Assembly (NCBI GenBank): GCA_050950285.1
Contig: JBMNHG010000003.1
Location: 616,337 to 680,336 of the forward strand
Direction: 5' to 3'
Origin: Kiritimatiellia bacterium
Lineage (GTDB): Bacteria > Verrucomicrobiota > Kiritimatiellia > RFP12 > JBMNHG01
Length of the DNA: 64,000 nucleotides
In this document: positions 29,250 to 39,182 of the stretch, piece after piece
Position numbering within the stretch: position 1 is the first letter of the stretch
Layout of the letters: each line of letters opens with the position of its first letter
The notes under the pieces: generated by a model
The model's input: only the letters and a program-made list of their open reading frames with translations
Databases searched by the model: none
What the model was told of the DNA's origin: nothing
Translations under genes and position numbers: made by a program

Positions 29250-30371
29250 TTGGATTCGCCAGCCGTCTACCTCGTCTGCGGCGATGACGATTTCCTCGTA
29301 AAGGAGACGGCCAGAGAGATTGTCGAGACGCTCGTCCCCGACGATTTGCGGGACATGGGCCTGGAGACCATCGACGGGGACTGCACGACTGCCGATGCGG
29401 CCTGCGCGGCGATGCGGCGCTGTCTGGAATCGCTTTCCACGCCCGGTTTCTTCGGCGGCGTGAAGCTCACCTGGCTCAAAGACGTCTCCTTCTTCGCCTC
29501 TCCGAAGAAAAAGGGCGGCGACAGCGAAGAAACCCGCACGATGGTCGACGAGCTCGTCGCCCGCATCCGATCCGGCTCCGTCACTCCGGATCTGCCGCTT
29601 CTGGTCAGCACCACCTCCATCAGCCGGGCCTCCGCGCTCTTCAAGGCCGTTTCCGCGGCCGGAAAGGTGGAAGACTTCGGATCCGGGAAGAAGGGGTACG
29701 AGCTCGAGCGTATCGCCGAAGCCCGTCTGAACGACCAGCTCAAAAGGCTCAAGTTCCGCATGGAGGGCCCGGCGCGTGCCGCCTTTCTCGACCGTGTGGG
29801 CGCGGACATGCGCCGGATGTCGAGCGAGCTCGAGAAGCTCCGTTGCTACGCGGGGGATTCCGGCATGGCGACCGTGGCGGACGTCGAGGCCGTCGTGAGC
29901 GGCGGACGCGAAACCGCGAACTGGGATTTGCAGGACGCCTTCGGCGAACGGGATGCGGAGCGCCTCACGCGTGTCTTTCGCGCCGTCCTTGCGCAAGGGG
30001 AGAAGGCCATCGGTCTTTCCGCGATGCTCGACAGCCGCGTGCGCGACTTGCTGCTGGCGCGTGACGCGCTCGACCGCGGCTGGGTCGTGCGCGAGGGCCG
30101 CAGCATCCGCTGGAACGCCCTTCCGCAGGAAATCGAGGAGTGGTTCGAGAACGACCCGAAGAGCGACGTCCGCGCCGGGAGCGCCTGGCGATTTTCCCGG
30201 ATTGTCGACCAGGCCTCCCGCTGGCGCATGAACGAACTACGGCTTGCCCGCTACCGGCTGGTGGAGCTTCGCGAACAGATGGTTTCCTCTTCGCTTTCTC
30301 CGGAATTCCTCCTCGAATCCACGATGCTCCGCTGCATCGGGAAAGGGAAAAGATCGCCTCGCTCCGCCTGA
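29250..30371 (+). CDS. holA: DNA polymerase III delta subunit
   Basis: VYLVCGDDDFL, TPGFFGG, ELEKL..Y, VADVEAVV, WDLQDA; TTG start uncertain (the ORF is open from 29187). Confidence 0.75.
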   Translation: MDSPAVYLVCGDDDFLVKETAREIVETLVPDDLRDMGLETIDGDCTTADAACAAMRRCLESLSTPGFFGGVKLTWLKDVSFFASPKKKGGDSEETRTMVDELVARIRSGSVTPDLPLLVSTTSISRASALFKAVSAAGKVEDFGSGKKGYELERIAEARLNDQLKRLKFRMEGPARAAFLDRVGADMRRMSSELEKLRCYAGDSGMATVADVEAVVSGGRETANWDLQDAFGERDAERLTRVFRAVLAQGEKAIGLSAMLDSRVRDLLLARDALDRGWVVREGRSIRWNALPQEIEEWFENDPKSDVRAGSAWRFSRIVDQASRWRMNELRLARYRLVELREQMVSSSLSPEFLLESTMLRCIGKGKRSPRSA

Positions 30372-30481
30372 ACCTCCGCCCTTTGTCCATCGTTTCATCC
30401 TATGCCGGACCCCATTGCTCCGTCGACTTTCTCCCATCCCGCCCGCCGCCCGTCGCGGCGGGCAACTTGAAGGAACCCCGC

Positions 30482-31756
30482 ATGAACACCAGACTCCTCC
30501 TGCCGACCGGCCTCGCCGCCCTCCTCCTCCTCGGCTGTTCTTGCTCGCGGCAAGCCGAATCCCCCGACCAGGCACCCGGGGGAGCCGCTCCGGAAGCCGC
30601 CGAAGCAACGGCGCCGGACGTTTCCGACGCGACCGATGGCGCGGCCGCCCCCGCCGGACAGGCCACCGGGGAGCAAGCCCTCGCGCTGATCAACGCGGGC
30701 CTCGACTGGCTCAAAGCCAACCAGTCCGAAGACGGTTCCTGGTCGGACCCCAACTATCCGGGCCTCAGTGCGCTCGCGCTGTGGGCCATGGCTCGCTCGG
30801 ATCGCGCGGACCTCGAAGAGGCCCGCGCCAAGGCCGCCGCCTACATCGTCCGCTACGTGAGGTCGGACGGCTCCATCTACAAACCCGCCACGGGCGGACG
30901 CGGAACGGGCGGCCTCTCCACCTACAACACCGCCATCTGCATGACCGCCCTCCACGCCTACGACAAGGTGCGTTTCCAGGCGGAAATCCTCAAGGCGCGC
31001 GAATTCATCGCCTCCAGCCAGCTCGAAGGCGATTCCTCCGTTGGCGGAGGCGGTTTCGGCTACGACAAGCCGACCGAGGGAGGCCGACCCCAGCGCGCCG
31101 ACATGAGCAACACCGGCCTCGCCCTCATGTCCATGCGCCTCACGCAGGACGTCGAAGACAACCGTCCCGTCGAATCGGCGAAGGCGGACGTGGACTGGGC
31201 CTCCGCCCTCGCGTTTGTCGAGTCGATGCAGATTTCCTCCGCCGACCATCCGGAAGCCGACGGCGGCTTCGGCTACGAGATGCAGGGCGAACGGCGCGGA
31301 CCACCCCCCGCCGGCGAACGGAAGGATCCGCCGGAAGAGGCGCCTCCCGGTACCGCGAAAAAGCGGGAGTCGTTGCGCACCTTCGGCAGCATGACCTACG
31401 CCGGCATCGAGTCGATGATTTACGCGCAGGTGGACCGTACGGATCCGCGCGTTCGCTCCGCCATCGCCTGGGCCGGCCGCAATTGGACGGTCGAGGAAAA
31501 TCCCGGCCAGGGCATCCGCGGCCTCTACTACTACTACGTCATCATGGCCAAGGCCCTCGCGCTCATGGGGGAGGAGGGGCTCGTGGCCGAGGATGGGACC
31601 CCCATCGACTGGCGCGGCGATCTCGTGGCCCAGCTCGCCAAGACCCGCGACGAAGAGGGCTTCTGGGCGAACGAAGACAACACCTTCTGGGAGAGCGACC
31701 CCTCGCTCGTTACCGCCTACGCCGTGCTTTGCCTCCAAAGCGCGCTGGGCCTGTAG
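30482..31756 (+). CDS. Prenyltransferase/squalene-oxidase-repeat lipoprotein
   Basis: Lipobox LLGC; GLDWLKANQSEDGSW, GGFGY twice, YYYYVIMAKAL, GFWAN. Confidence 0.75.
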   Translation: MNTRLLLPTGLAALLLLGCSCSRQAESPDQAPGGAAPEAAEATAPDVSDATDGAAAPAGQATGEQALALINAGLDWLKANQSEDGSWSDPNYPGLSALALWAMARSDRADLEEARAKAAAYIVRYVRSDGSIYKPATGGRGTGGLSTYNTAICMTALHAYDKVRFQAEILKAREFIASSQLEGDSSVGGGGFGYDKPTEGGRPQRADMSNTGLALMSMRLTQDVEDNRPVESAKADVDWASALAFVESMQISSADHPEADGGFGYEMQGERRGPPPAGERKDPPEEAPPGTAKKRESLRTFGSMTYAGIESMIYAQVDRTDPRVRSAIAWAGRNWTVEENPGQGIRGLYYYYVIMAKALALMGEEGLVAEDGTPIDWRGDLVAQLAKTRDEEGFWANEDNTFWESDPSLVTAYAVLCLQSALGL

Positions 31757-31792
31757 GCGGCCGCCCGGCTCCCGTCCTGCCTTTTCCTGCAC

Positions 31793-32482
31793 ATGATCGC
31801 CGAACTGTTTCTCGAAGGCATCGGCGCGGCGCAGTGCGACGTGCCCGTCGGCGCCACGGTCGCGAAAGACGCCACCGTCGTGGTCTCCCTGCCGCACGGG
31901 GCCTTCCTCGCGCGCGTCGCGAGGCTCCGGGAAAACGGCGCGCCGCCCGCAGGCGGCGAGACTTCGCGGCCTCCCGCCGGATGGCATGGATATTCCCGCA
32001 AGACCGTCCGCGAGGCGCGTTTCGAGCGAATCGCCTCGGACGACGACCTCCGCCGGGAATCGCTCGCCCGCGGGCAGTCGCGAAAGGCGATCGACCGGCT
32101 TTCGATGCGGCTGCCGCGACTCTTCCCCAACGTGCGCCCCCTCACCGTCCGCTATGCGCTGGGGCTCCAGCACGCCCTCTTCTTCTTCGGCGCCGAAGGG
32201 GAGGTCGACGTCCGTGCCGTTGCCGATGCGGCGCAGCGCGAGCTCCAGTGCACCGTCGAGGTCGAGCGCGCGGGCTTGCGCGACCACGCCGCCCTGCTCG
32301 GCGGCGTGGGCACCTGCGGACGAACCCTCTGCTGCGCCTCGTGGCTCGAACGCTTCCAGCCGGTGACCGTGGCCATGGCCCGCGAGCAGGGCTTGAACAT
32401 CGCGCCCGAAGCCCTCTCCGGCCCCTGCGACCGCCTGAAGTGCTGCCTCCGCTTCGAATACGACCCATCCCGCGACCGCTGA
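31793..32482 (+). CDS. PSP1-domain / RicT-like Fe-S regulatory protein
   Basis: GGVGTCGRTLCC...MAREQGL...LSGPCDRLKCCLRFE. Confidence 0.85.
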   Translation: MIAELFLEGIGAAQCDVPVGATVAKDATVVVSLPHGAFLARVARLRENGAPPAGGETSRPPAGWHGYSRKTVREARFERIASDDDLRRESLARGQSRKAIDRLSMRLPRLFPNVRPLTVRYALGLQHALFFFGAEGEVDVRAVADAAQRELQCTVEVERAGLRDHAALLGGVGTCGRTLCCASWLERFQPVTVAMAREQGLNIAPEALSGPCDRLKCCLRFEYDPSRDR

Positions 32483-32567
32483 CGCCGCCGGGGCGCACCC
32501 CTTCCACCTCGTCGCGCCACGGAAATCGGGTTGCGCCCGCGGGGCGCTTCGCCTATCGTCTCCACCC

Positions 32568-33950
32568 ATGTCCATCCGCGACAACTACAATCACACCCTC
32601 GCCGCATGCTACGTGGGGTATGTCACCCAGGCGATCATCAACAACTTCCTTCCGCTCCTCTTCCTCCGGTTCCAAAAGGAGTTCTCCCTTTCGCTGGGGC
32701 AGATCACGGCGTTGATCACCGCGAACTTCGGCATCCAGCTGCTGGTCGACTACATCGCGGCGCATTCGGTCGACCGCATCGGCTATCGGACCGCGATGCG
32801 GATCGCGCACTTTTCGGCTGCGTCGGGGCTTTCCGGCCTGGCCTTTTTCCCGCAGCTCTTCGGGGGGACGCCGTATGCGGGCCTGCTCGCCTGCGTGGCG
32901 CTCTGCTCCATCGGCGGCGGCCTCACGGAGGTGCTGGTCAGCCCCATCGTCGAAGCCGTCCCGACGACGTCCCGAAAAGCGGCGGCGATGAGCCTGTTGC
33001 ATTCGTTCTACTGCTGGGGGCAGATGGCGGTGGTGGCCTTGAGCACGCTCTTCTTCTGCACGGCAGGGCTTGCGCACTGGCGCTGGCTGGCCTGTCTCTG
33101 GGCGTTGATTCCCCTCCTCAACGGCTTCTATTTCGGGGTGGTCCCCATCCGGATGCCGGTGGAGACGGGAGACGGTCTGTCGATGGCGCAACTCGCCCGC
33201 AACCGGTTCTTCTGGATCTTGGTGGTCATGATGCTCTGCGCAGGAGCGTCCGAACTGGGCATGAGCCAATGGGCGAGCAGTTTCGCGGAGGCGGGGCTGG
33301 GCGTGTCGAAGACGCTGGGCGACCTCGCAGGCCCTTGCCTGTTCGCGGCCTTCATGGGAAGTGCCCGTGTGCTGTATGCGGCGTTCAGCACGCGGATGAA
33401 TCTCAGGAAGTACATCGCGGGGAGCTGCGTGCTGTGCGTGGCGAGCTACCTTCTCGCATCGCTGGCTCCCTGGCCGCTGCTGGGGCTTGCCGGATGCTGC
33501 ATCTGCGGCTTTTCCGTAGGCATCTTCTGGCCCGGCGTCTTCAGCATCGCGGCGGCGGGGATGCCGCGCGGCGGCACGGCGATGTTCGCCCTGCTCGCGC
33601 TGGCGGGCGACCTCGGATGCGGCACCGGCCCCACGCTGATTGGCGTGATGGCCGGCCGTTTCGGCGACAATCTCAAGGCCGGCCTCGGCTTCGGCGCCAT
33701 CTTCCCCGCGATCCTGCTCGCCATGATGGCTGTTTCGAGACGCGTCAAAACGGGAGAACCGGACGCCGCCGACGCCCGGATCACCGAAGCGCTTGCGACA
33801 CGGAGGTCGTCCCTCCAGCCCGCCGGGGACGGCGGTCCCCAGGGTTTTCAAGTGCCTCCGCTGAAAATGGAAGTTGCGCAGGCGTCTCGGTTTGTGGTTA
33901 ACTATCGATCACTTTTGCCCTTGTCTCCCGAAGAGGTTATCCAACGATGA
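32568..33950 (+). CDS. MFS transporter
   Basis: About 12 hydrophobic helices; [24 protein letters not shown]. Confidence 0.88.
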   Translation: MSIRDNYNHTLAACYVGYVTQAIINNFLPLLFLRFQKEFSLSLGQITALITANFGIQLLVDYIAAHSVDRIGYRTAMRIAHFSAASGLSGLAFFPQLFGGTPYAGLLACVALCSIGGGLTEVLVSPIVEAVPTTSRKAAAMSLLHSFYCWGQMAVVALSTLFFCTAGLAHWRWLACLWALIPLLNGFYFGVVPIRMPVETGDGLSMAQLARNRFFWILVVMMLCAGASELGMSQWASSFAEAGLGVSKTLGDLAGPCLFAAFMGSARVLYAAFSTRMNLRKYIAGSCVLCVASYLLASLAPWPLLGLAGCCICGFSVGIFWPGVFSIAAAGMPRGGTAMFALLALAGDLGCGTGPTLIGVMAGRFGDNLKAGLGFGAIFPAILLAMMAVSRRVKTGEPDAADARITEALATRRSSLQPAGDGGPQGFQVPPLKMEVAQASRFVVNYRSLLPLSPEEVIQR

Positions 33951-34150
33951 AGAAAAACATCCATCCCAAATACGAAGACGCCACCATCACCTGCGCCTGC
34001 GGCAACGTGACCCATACCCGCTCCACCGTGAAGACGATGAACGTCAACATCTGCGCCGCCTGCCACCCCTTCTTCACCGGCAAGAAGACGATGGTCGACA
34101 CCGAAGGCCGCATCGACGCCTTCCGCCGTCGCTACGCCGCCAAGAAATAG
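33947..34150 (+). CDS. rpmE: 50S ribosomal protein L31 (Zn-binding type)
   Basis: MKKNIHPKY...CACG...[10 protein letters not shown]...GRIDAF. Confidence 0.97.
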   Translation: MKKNIHPKYEDATITCACGNVTHTRSTVKTMNVNICAACHPFFTGKKTMVDTEGRIDAFRRRYAAKK

Positions 34151-34220
34151 GCTGCGGCGAAGGGTGCGCCACACGGGACGGCTTCCGCCCACGTGTCCGG
34201 CACCCCCATGCCCCGAGGAC

Positions 34221-34262
34221 AAAGGAGGCGGATGGCCATCGTCCCCGCCTCCTTTCGTGTTT
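34221..34262 (+). terminator. Probable terminator between rpmE and prfA
   Basis: 11-bp stem AAAGGAGGCGG...CCGCCTCCTTT followed by a T-rich stretch. Confidence 0.55.
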
Positions 34263-34331
34263 CCAAGGCGTCGTCCATCTACCCTTGCGGAACCCTTCGC
34301 GCACCCGGACGAAGATTTCCCATATCCCCCC

Positions 34332-35414
34332 ATGATCGACCGGCAGAAAATCGACAACATGCTTTCCCGCCTTGGCGCGCTGGAAGTCGAGATGGGCGAC
34401 CCCGCCACGCTGGGGAACGCCCGCCGCCTCCGGGAGTGCGTGCGCGAGCATGCCCATCTGGTCCACCTGCGGGACCTCGCTTCGGAGTACTTCCGCCTCG
34501 GCGACGAACTCGCTGAAAACGAGCAGATGGCCGCGGACGATTCAGCCGATCCCGAACTGCGCGACATGGCCCGCGAGGAGATCGCCATGCTCCGCGAACA
34601 GCGGCCTGCCGCCGAACGCGCCCTGCTGGAGGCCCTCCTGCCGCCCGACCCGCGCACCGCCCGATCCGCCGTGCTCGAAATCCGCTCCGGAACCGGCGGA
34701 GACGAAGCGGCGCTCTTCGCCGGCGATCTCTTCCGGATGTACTCCCGCTACGCCGAGAGCGTCGGCTGGAAGGTCTCCATCCTCGATGCAAGCCCCGGCG
34801 AAATGGGCGGCTACAAGGAGGTTGTCGCCACCGTCGCCGGCGAGGGCGCCTACGGCCGCCTCCGCTTCGAAAGCGGCACCCATCGCGTGCAGCGCGTGCC
34901 CGTCACCGAAGCCCAGGGCCGCATCCATACCTCCGCCGCCACCGTAGCCGTCTTCCCCGAAGTGGAGGAAGAGGACGACATCGAGATTCCCGCCGACGAA
35001 CTCCGTATCGACATCTTCTGTGCCGGTGGACACGGCGGGCAAGGGGTGAACACCACCTACTCGGCCATCCGCATCACCCACCTTCCCACCGGCCTCGTCG
35101 CACAGTGCCAGGACGAACGTTCCCAGCATCGCAACAAGGAAAAAGCCCTCGCCGTGCTGAAGGCCCGCATCCTCGACCAACGCCGGCAGGCGGAGGAAGC
35201 CGCCATGGGCCAGAACCGCCGCGACCTCATCGGCTCGGGCGACCGCAGCCAGAAGATCCGAACCTACAACTTCCCCCAAAACCGGTTGACGGACCACCGT
35301 ATCAACCTCACCCTCTACTCCCTCGATCAAATCCTGGAGGGCGATCTGGAGGAGTTGCTGCTGGCGCTGCGGAATCACGACCTCGACCAGCGCCTGGCCG
35401 ACGAAATCCGATAG
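34332..35414 (+). CDS. prfA: Peptide chain release factor 1
   Basis: [20 protein letters not shown] (PxT, RF1-specific), [11 protein letters not shown]. Confidence 0.96.
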   Translation: MIDRQKIDNMLSRLGALEVEMGDPATLGNARRLRECVREHAHLVHLRDLASEYFRLGDELAENEQMAADDSADPELRDMAREEIAMLREQRPAAERALLEALLPPDPRTARSAVLEIRSGTGGDEAALFAGDLFRMYSRYAESVGWKVSILDASPGEMGGYKEVVATVAGEGAYGRLRFESGTHRVQRVPVTEAQGRIHTSAATVAVFPEVEEEDDIEIPADELRIDIFCAGGHGGQGVNTTYSAIRITHLPTGLVAQCQDERSQHRNKEKALAVLKARILDQRRQAEEAAMGQNRRDLIGSGDRSQKIRTYNFPQNRLTDHRINLTLYSLDQILEGDLEELLLALRNHDLDQRLADEIR

Positions 35415-35455
35415 CCTGGCCTTCGCGTCCGTCAGACGGATGCGTCTCGAGGGGA

Positions 35456-36430
35456 CTAGAACGGTCCGCCGACGAAGATGCGGACGAAGGTCGAAGGATC
35501 GATGTCGAAGTCGGCATCGTGGTCGCTCATCTCGAAATCGATCGAGCGGCTGAGGGACGAACCCACTTCGAAGCCAAGACAAAGCTCGTCGGTAAGGGAG
35601 ACGCGCGCGCCGGCGGACATCAGGATGTCGTCGAGGGTAACCTGGTCGGGCCTGTTGCCGCCCTTCATCGCGTAGGAGACGTTCCGCCATTCGAAGCCGC
35701 CGAAGAAGGTCAGGCGCCAGAGATAGAGGTAGGCGCGGGTACGCGGGACCGCGAACTCGAGACGGAACAGGTCGACCGGCTGCCAGGCAAGGCCGAGATA
35801 CGGCATGAAGAGGAAATCCCAGCCGGGACGGAACTCTCCGCCCACCATGAAGGCGGCTTCGGCGTTCAGCACGCGGTAGTAGGCCAGGCGGATGGGGCAA
35901 CCGAACATCCCGCCGCCGAGGGCGTCCAAAGACGAGTAGATGCCGGGACGGAGGCGCGTCTCGAGAGAGCCGCCATCGAGGAAACGCCACGTCCATCCGG
36001 CGTCGAGGGCGAGTCCAAGAAGGAAGTCGGGCATGCCGTCGATGTCGCCGTCGTCCGTGAAAAACACGTTGTGCATGCGCAGCTTGAAGTCGATGTCGCC
36101 TGCCAGGACATCGCGGAAGAAGGCGATATCCCAGAAGGCATCGAGTTCGATGTCGGCAACGTCCCCCCCGTGCGGGACGTCGATTTCGCCGCCGGAGAAG
36201 TAGCCGAGGGTAAGCCAGTAGGCCGGATCGACGGGCGCATCGAGGAACTGCGAGTAGAGATCCACCGGGATCGTGCCGCTGGCAGCGCTTGTGACGGGCT
36301 TGTTCGCGACGGCGGACGCCACGGGGGCCGGGGCCTGTGCGGGCGATGTCGTTTCGTCTTCCCATCCGGCGAGGCCGGACATCGTGACGAGAAGGCAAAG
36401 GGCCAGGGTCGGGTGGAGGAGTTTTCGCAT
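35456..36430 (-). CDS. Probable outer-membrane beta-barrel protein
   Basis: Signal peptide MRKLLHPTLALCLLVTMSGLA; alternating aromatic/hydrophobic strands; C-terminal Phe. Confidence 0.65.
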   Translation of the reverse strand: MRKLLHPTLALCLLVTMSGLAGWEDETTSPAQAPAPVASAVANKPVTSAASGTIPVDLYSQFLDAPVDPAYWLTLGYFSGGEIDVPHGGDVADIELDAFWDIAFFRDVLAGDIDFKLRMHNVFFTDDGDIDGMPDFLLGLALDAGWTWRFLDGGSLETRLRPGIYSSLDALGGGMFGCPIRLAYYRVLNAEAAFMVGGEFRPGWDFLFMPYLGLAWQPVDLFRLEFAVPRTRAYLYLWRLTFFGGFEWRNVSYAMKGGNRPDQVTLDDILMSAGARVSLTDELCLGFEVGSSLSRSIDFEMSDHDADFDIDPSTFVRIFVGGPF

Positions 36431-36549
36431 GGTCCGGACATCATACAAGGTTCCCGCCCCTGATTGCATCAAAAAAACGGAAGCCCCCCACGAAGCGCGG
36501 CATGTCATCGTCATGGACGCCGATACCGCCATCGGGACGGATGATGCCT

Positions 36550-38928
36550 TCAGGCGCGTTCCGCGATGTTTCCCATGTGGCGGGCGATGCCTTCGATCGC
36601 GGCAAGGACTTCGACGTAGACGAACCCTCCGGTGGGAGTGCATTGTCCGCTGTGGAGGCGGGCGGCATGGTTGTCGACCGAGAGTTTGGACAGGCGCTTG
36701 ATTTCGGCGACCTGCCGGATCGCCTCGTCGGGCTTGGCCCTGTTCTGGAGGGCGTTGAAGGTGGAGGAAGCGACCGATTCGGCGAGTTTCAGGATCTCCG
36801 CCAGTTCGAGAATGGCGTCTTCGCTGAAGAAGCCCTTGTCCGCCACGGGCTTGGCGGAAACGCGGCGCGCGAGCAGCAGGGCGATGTCGGCGATGCGCTC
36901 CGCATCGTTCACGCAATGCATGAGGATGGGGACGGTCTTCGCCTGCGGTTCCGTGAGGCGCCTGCGGGTCAGTTGCACGAGGTAGTCCATGGCGCTGGCC
37001 TGCATGGAATCGATCTCGTCTTCGACTTGGTGGATCTCGTCGACGTCCACGGGTTTGCCGTCGAGGCATCCCGTCAGCACGGCATGGGCGGCATTCCAGG
37101 CCTTGGAGGTCATCTCGACGAGCGATCGCCTCACGCAGTCGAGCGCGAACTCGGGGTTCTTGAGCAGGTGGGGCTCGAGCTTGACGGCGGGCGCAAACGG
37201 TTCGCTGCCCTTCAACACGCGTTCGCAGAACCAGGCGAGACTCCCGATGAAGGGGGTGAGCAACACCACGTTTCCAACATTGAAAAGCGTATGTGCCATG
37301 GCCACATGGCGTCCGAGGTTCTCCCCGCTGAAGGCGTCGCCCGGCGTCACGGCGGAAACGAGCTTGAGGAAGACCGGTATGCCGTCGAGGGTCACGTAGA
37401 AGAGCCCGATCATGATCACCGTGCCGGTAATGTTGAACATGGCATGGGCGAGGGCGGTGCGCTTGGCGGCGACGCGGGTGTTGATCGAGGCCAGGATGGC
37501 GGTGATCGTCGTGCCGATGTTGTCGCCCAGGACGATGGGCACGGCCGTCCAAAAGGAGAGGAGCCCGCTGTTGGCCAGCGCGATCGTGAGGCCGATGGTC
37601 GCAGAGGAGCTCTGGACGGCCATCGTGGTCAGGACGCCGATCCCGACTGCGCCCAGTACGGAGAGGAGGGGCATGGGGGCGCCCTTCTCGGGCGTGCAGT
37701 CGAACAGGCGGAAGAACTTCACGAAGCTTGGGAAGGCGCTTACATCCGCGAGCGAATCCCCGATCAGGTTCATGCCGAAAAAGAGGAGACCGAACCCGAG
37801 GACGGCCTGGGCGACGCCGCGGATGGCGGATGATCGCTTCGTGACCAACAGCCCGCCCACGCCGATGACGATGGCCGGGAAGGCGAGGTTCGTCAGCTTG
37901 AACGAAACCAGCTGGCCGGTGATGGTGGTACCGATGTTCGCCCCGAAGACAACGCCGATCGCCTGCTTGAGCGAGAGGAGCCCGGCGTTGACAAACCCCA
38001 CCGTCATCACGGTCGTGGCGGACGAGCTCTGGATGATCGCGGTGATCACGGCTCCTGCGGCAATGGCCGCGAGGCGGTTGCGGGTCATGTACCCCAGGAC
38101 CTGCTTCATCCGGGATCCCGCGACCTGCTGGAGCCCTTCGCTCATGAGGGTCATGCCGAAGATGAAAATCGCCAGCCCTCCCAGGACGGCGATGGAAAGC
38201 GAAAGAGGAGCGATCGCCATCGTCTCGAGGTGGATCGGGCGAAGCACCCAGCCGGCGTCCGGGGAGGCGATTTCCGCCGATACGATGTACGAGCCGGTGA
38301 GTTTCGCCTCGGTGGAGAGGGAAGTGCCTGCGATTCCTTCGGCGTCCGTCAGGCAGACCGCTTTCGCAAGCCTGCCCTTTTCACCGGGCTGCGAAACGAT
38401 GGAGAAGTGGACCGGGATTCCGACGGCGGGTGCGCCCGATCCATCCGTCAGGCGTACCTGGAGAGGCTTCGCCGAGGTTTTCCCGGCGGCCACCTCCTGT
38501 CCGGCGTTGAGGATCTCGACTCCGTTGGCAAAGCGGAAGCGCTTCGAGACGTTCGGCGCCCCTTCGCAGGCGACAACCAGGTAGGCGTCGCCGACGGCAT
38601 CCCCCGTCGTCACCTCGAAGACGAATTCGCCTCCACGGTCGGTCGTCTCGGAAAGCGGCCTCGCGGAGAGGCCTTCCTCCGTTGTGGCCACGACTTTGAT
38701 TCCCGGCAGCGGCTTCCGCACCCCCTTTCCGCCAAGGGCTCCTGGAATCAGCTCGCTGACGACTTCGACTTTGACCGTGTGCACGCCGGCTGGCGCGGAG
38801 ACGATCACTTCCGGCGTGACCGCGTGAAGACGGCCCGGTCTCCTTTCGACTCTCTCGTCGCTGCAACCTGAAAAACAGAGGGCGGCCGCAATCGCGGCTA
38901 CGACAGACACTTCTTTGGCGATCGTCAT
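36550..38928 (-). CDS. Na+/Pi cotransporter family protein with N-terminal Ig-like domains and a C-terminal PhoU-like region
   Basis: GGLAIFIFGM, QSSS twice, GANIGTT and GDNIGTT; lipobox-like FSGC; Ig-like LQVRLTDGSGAPAVGIPVHF...TDAEG. Confidence 0.85.
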   Translation of the reverse strand: MTIAKEVSVVAAIAAALCFSGCSDERVERRPGRLHAVTPEVIVSAPAGVHTVKVEVVSELIPGALGGKGVRKPLPGIKVVATTEEGLSARPLSETTDRGGEFVFEVTTGDAVGDAYLVVACEGAPNVSKRFRFANGVEILNAGQEVAAGKTSAKPLQVRLTDGSGAPAVGIPVHFSIVSQPGEKGRLAKAVCLTDAEGIAGTSLSTEAKLTGSYIVSAEIASPDAGWVLRPIHLETMAIAPLSLSIAVLGGLAIFIFGMTLMSEGLQQVAGSRMKQVLGYMTRNRLAAIAAGAVITAIIQSSSATTVMTVGFVNAGLLSLKQAIGVVFGANIGTTITGQLVSFKLTNLAFPAIVIGVGGLLVTKRSSAIRGVAQAVLGFGLLFFGMNLIGDSLADVSAFPSFVKFFRLFDCTPEKGAPMPLLSVLGAVGIGVLTTMAVQSSSATIGLTIALANSGLLSFWTAVPIVLGDNIGTTITAILASINTRVAAKRTALAHAMFNITGTVIMIGLFYVTLDGIPVFLKLVSAVTPGDAFSGENLGRHVAMAHTLFNVGNVVLLTPFIGSLAWFCERVLKGSEPFAPAVKLEPHLLKNPEFALDCVRRSLVEMTSKAWNAAHAVLTGCLDGKPVDVDEIHQVEDEIDSMQASAMDYLVQLTRRRLTEPQAKTVPILMHCVNDAERIADIALLLARRVSAKPVADKGFFSEDAILELAEILKLAESVASSTFNALQNRAKPDEAIRQVAEIKRLSKLSVDNHAARLHSGQCTPTGGFVYVEVLAAIEGIARHMGNIAERA

Positions 38929-39182
38929 GATTCGGGAAGACCCAGTTCCGTTGAAAGCCCCCACGATAACGGAGATTTGTTAGGGTTTTGTTAGGATGGT
39001 TAGAATTTTGTTAGGGCGGCGTGGGCTTTTCCGGGAGGAATGCCGATCCATGGACCTGCCACTTCCCCGGGCAGCCGCCCGAAGCGACCCGTTCCCTGTT
39101 GCATTCCCCTTTTCTCTTTCTCTTTCGTACCGATGCGCGATGCTTGTCGGCGTCGCACATGGATGGTATCCTCGCCTCTACC

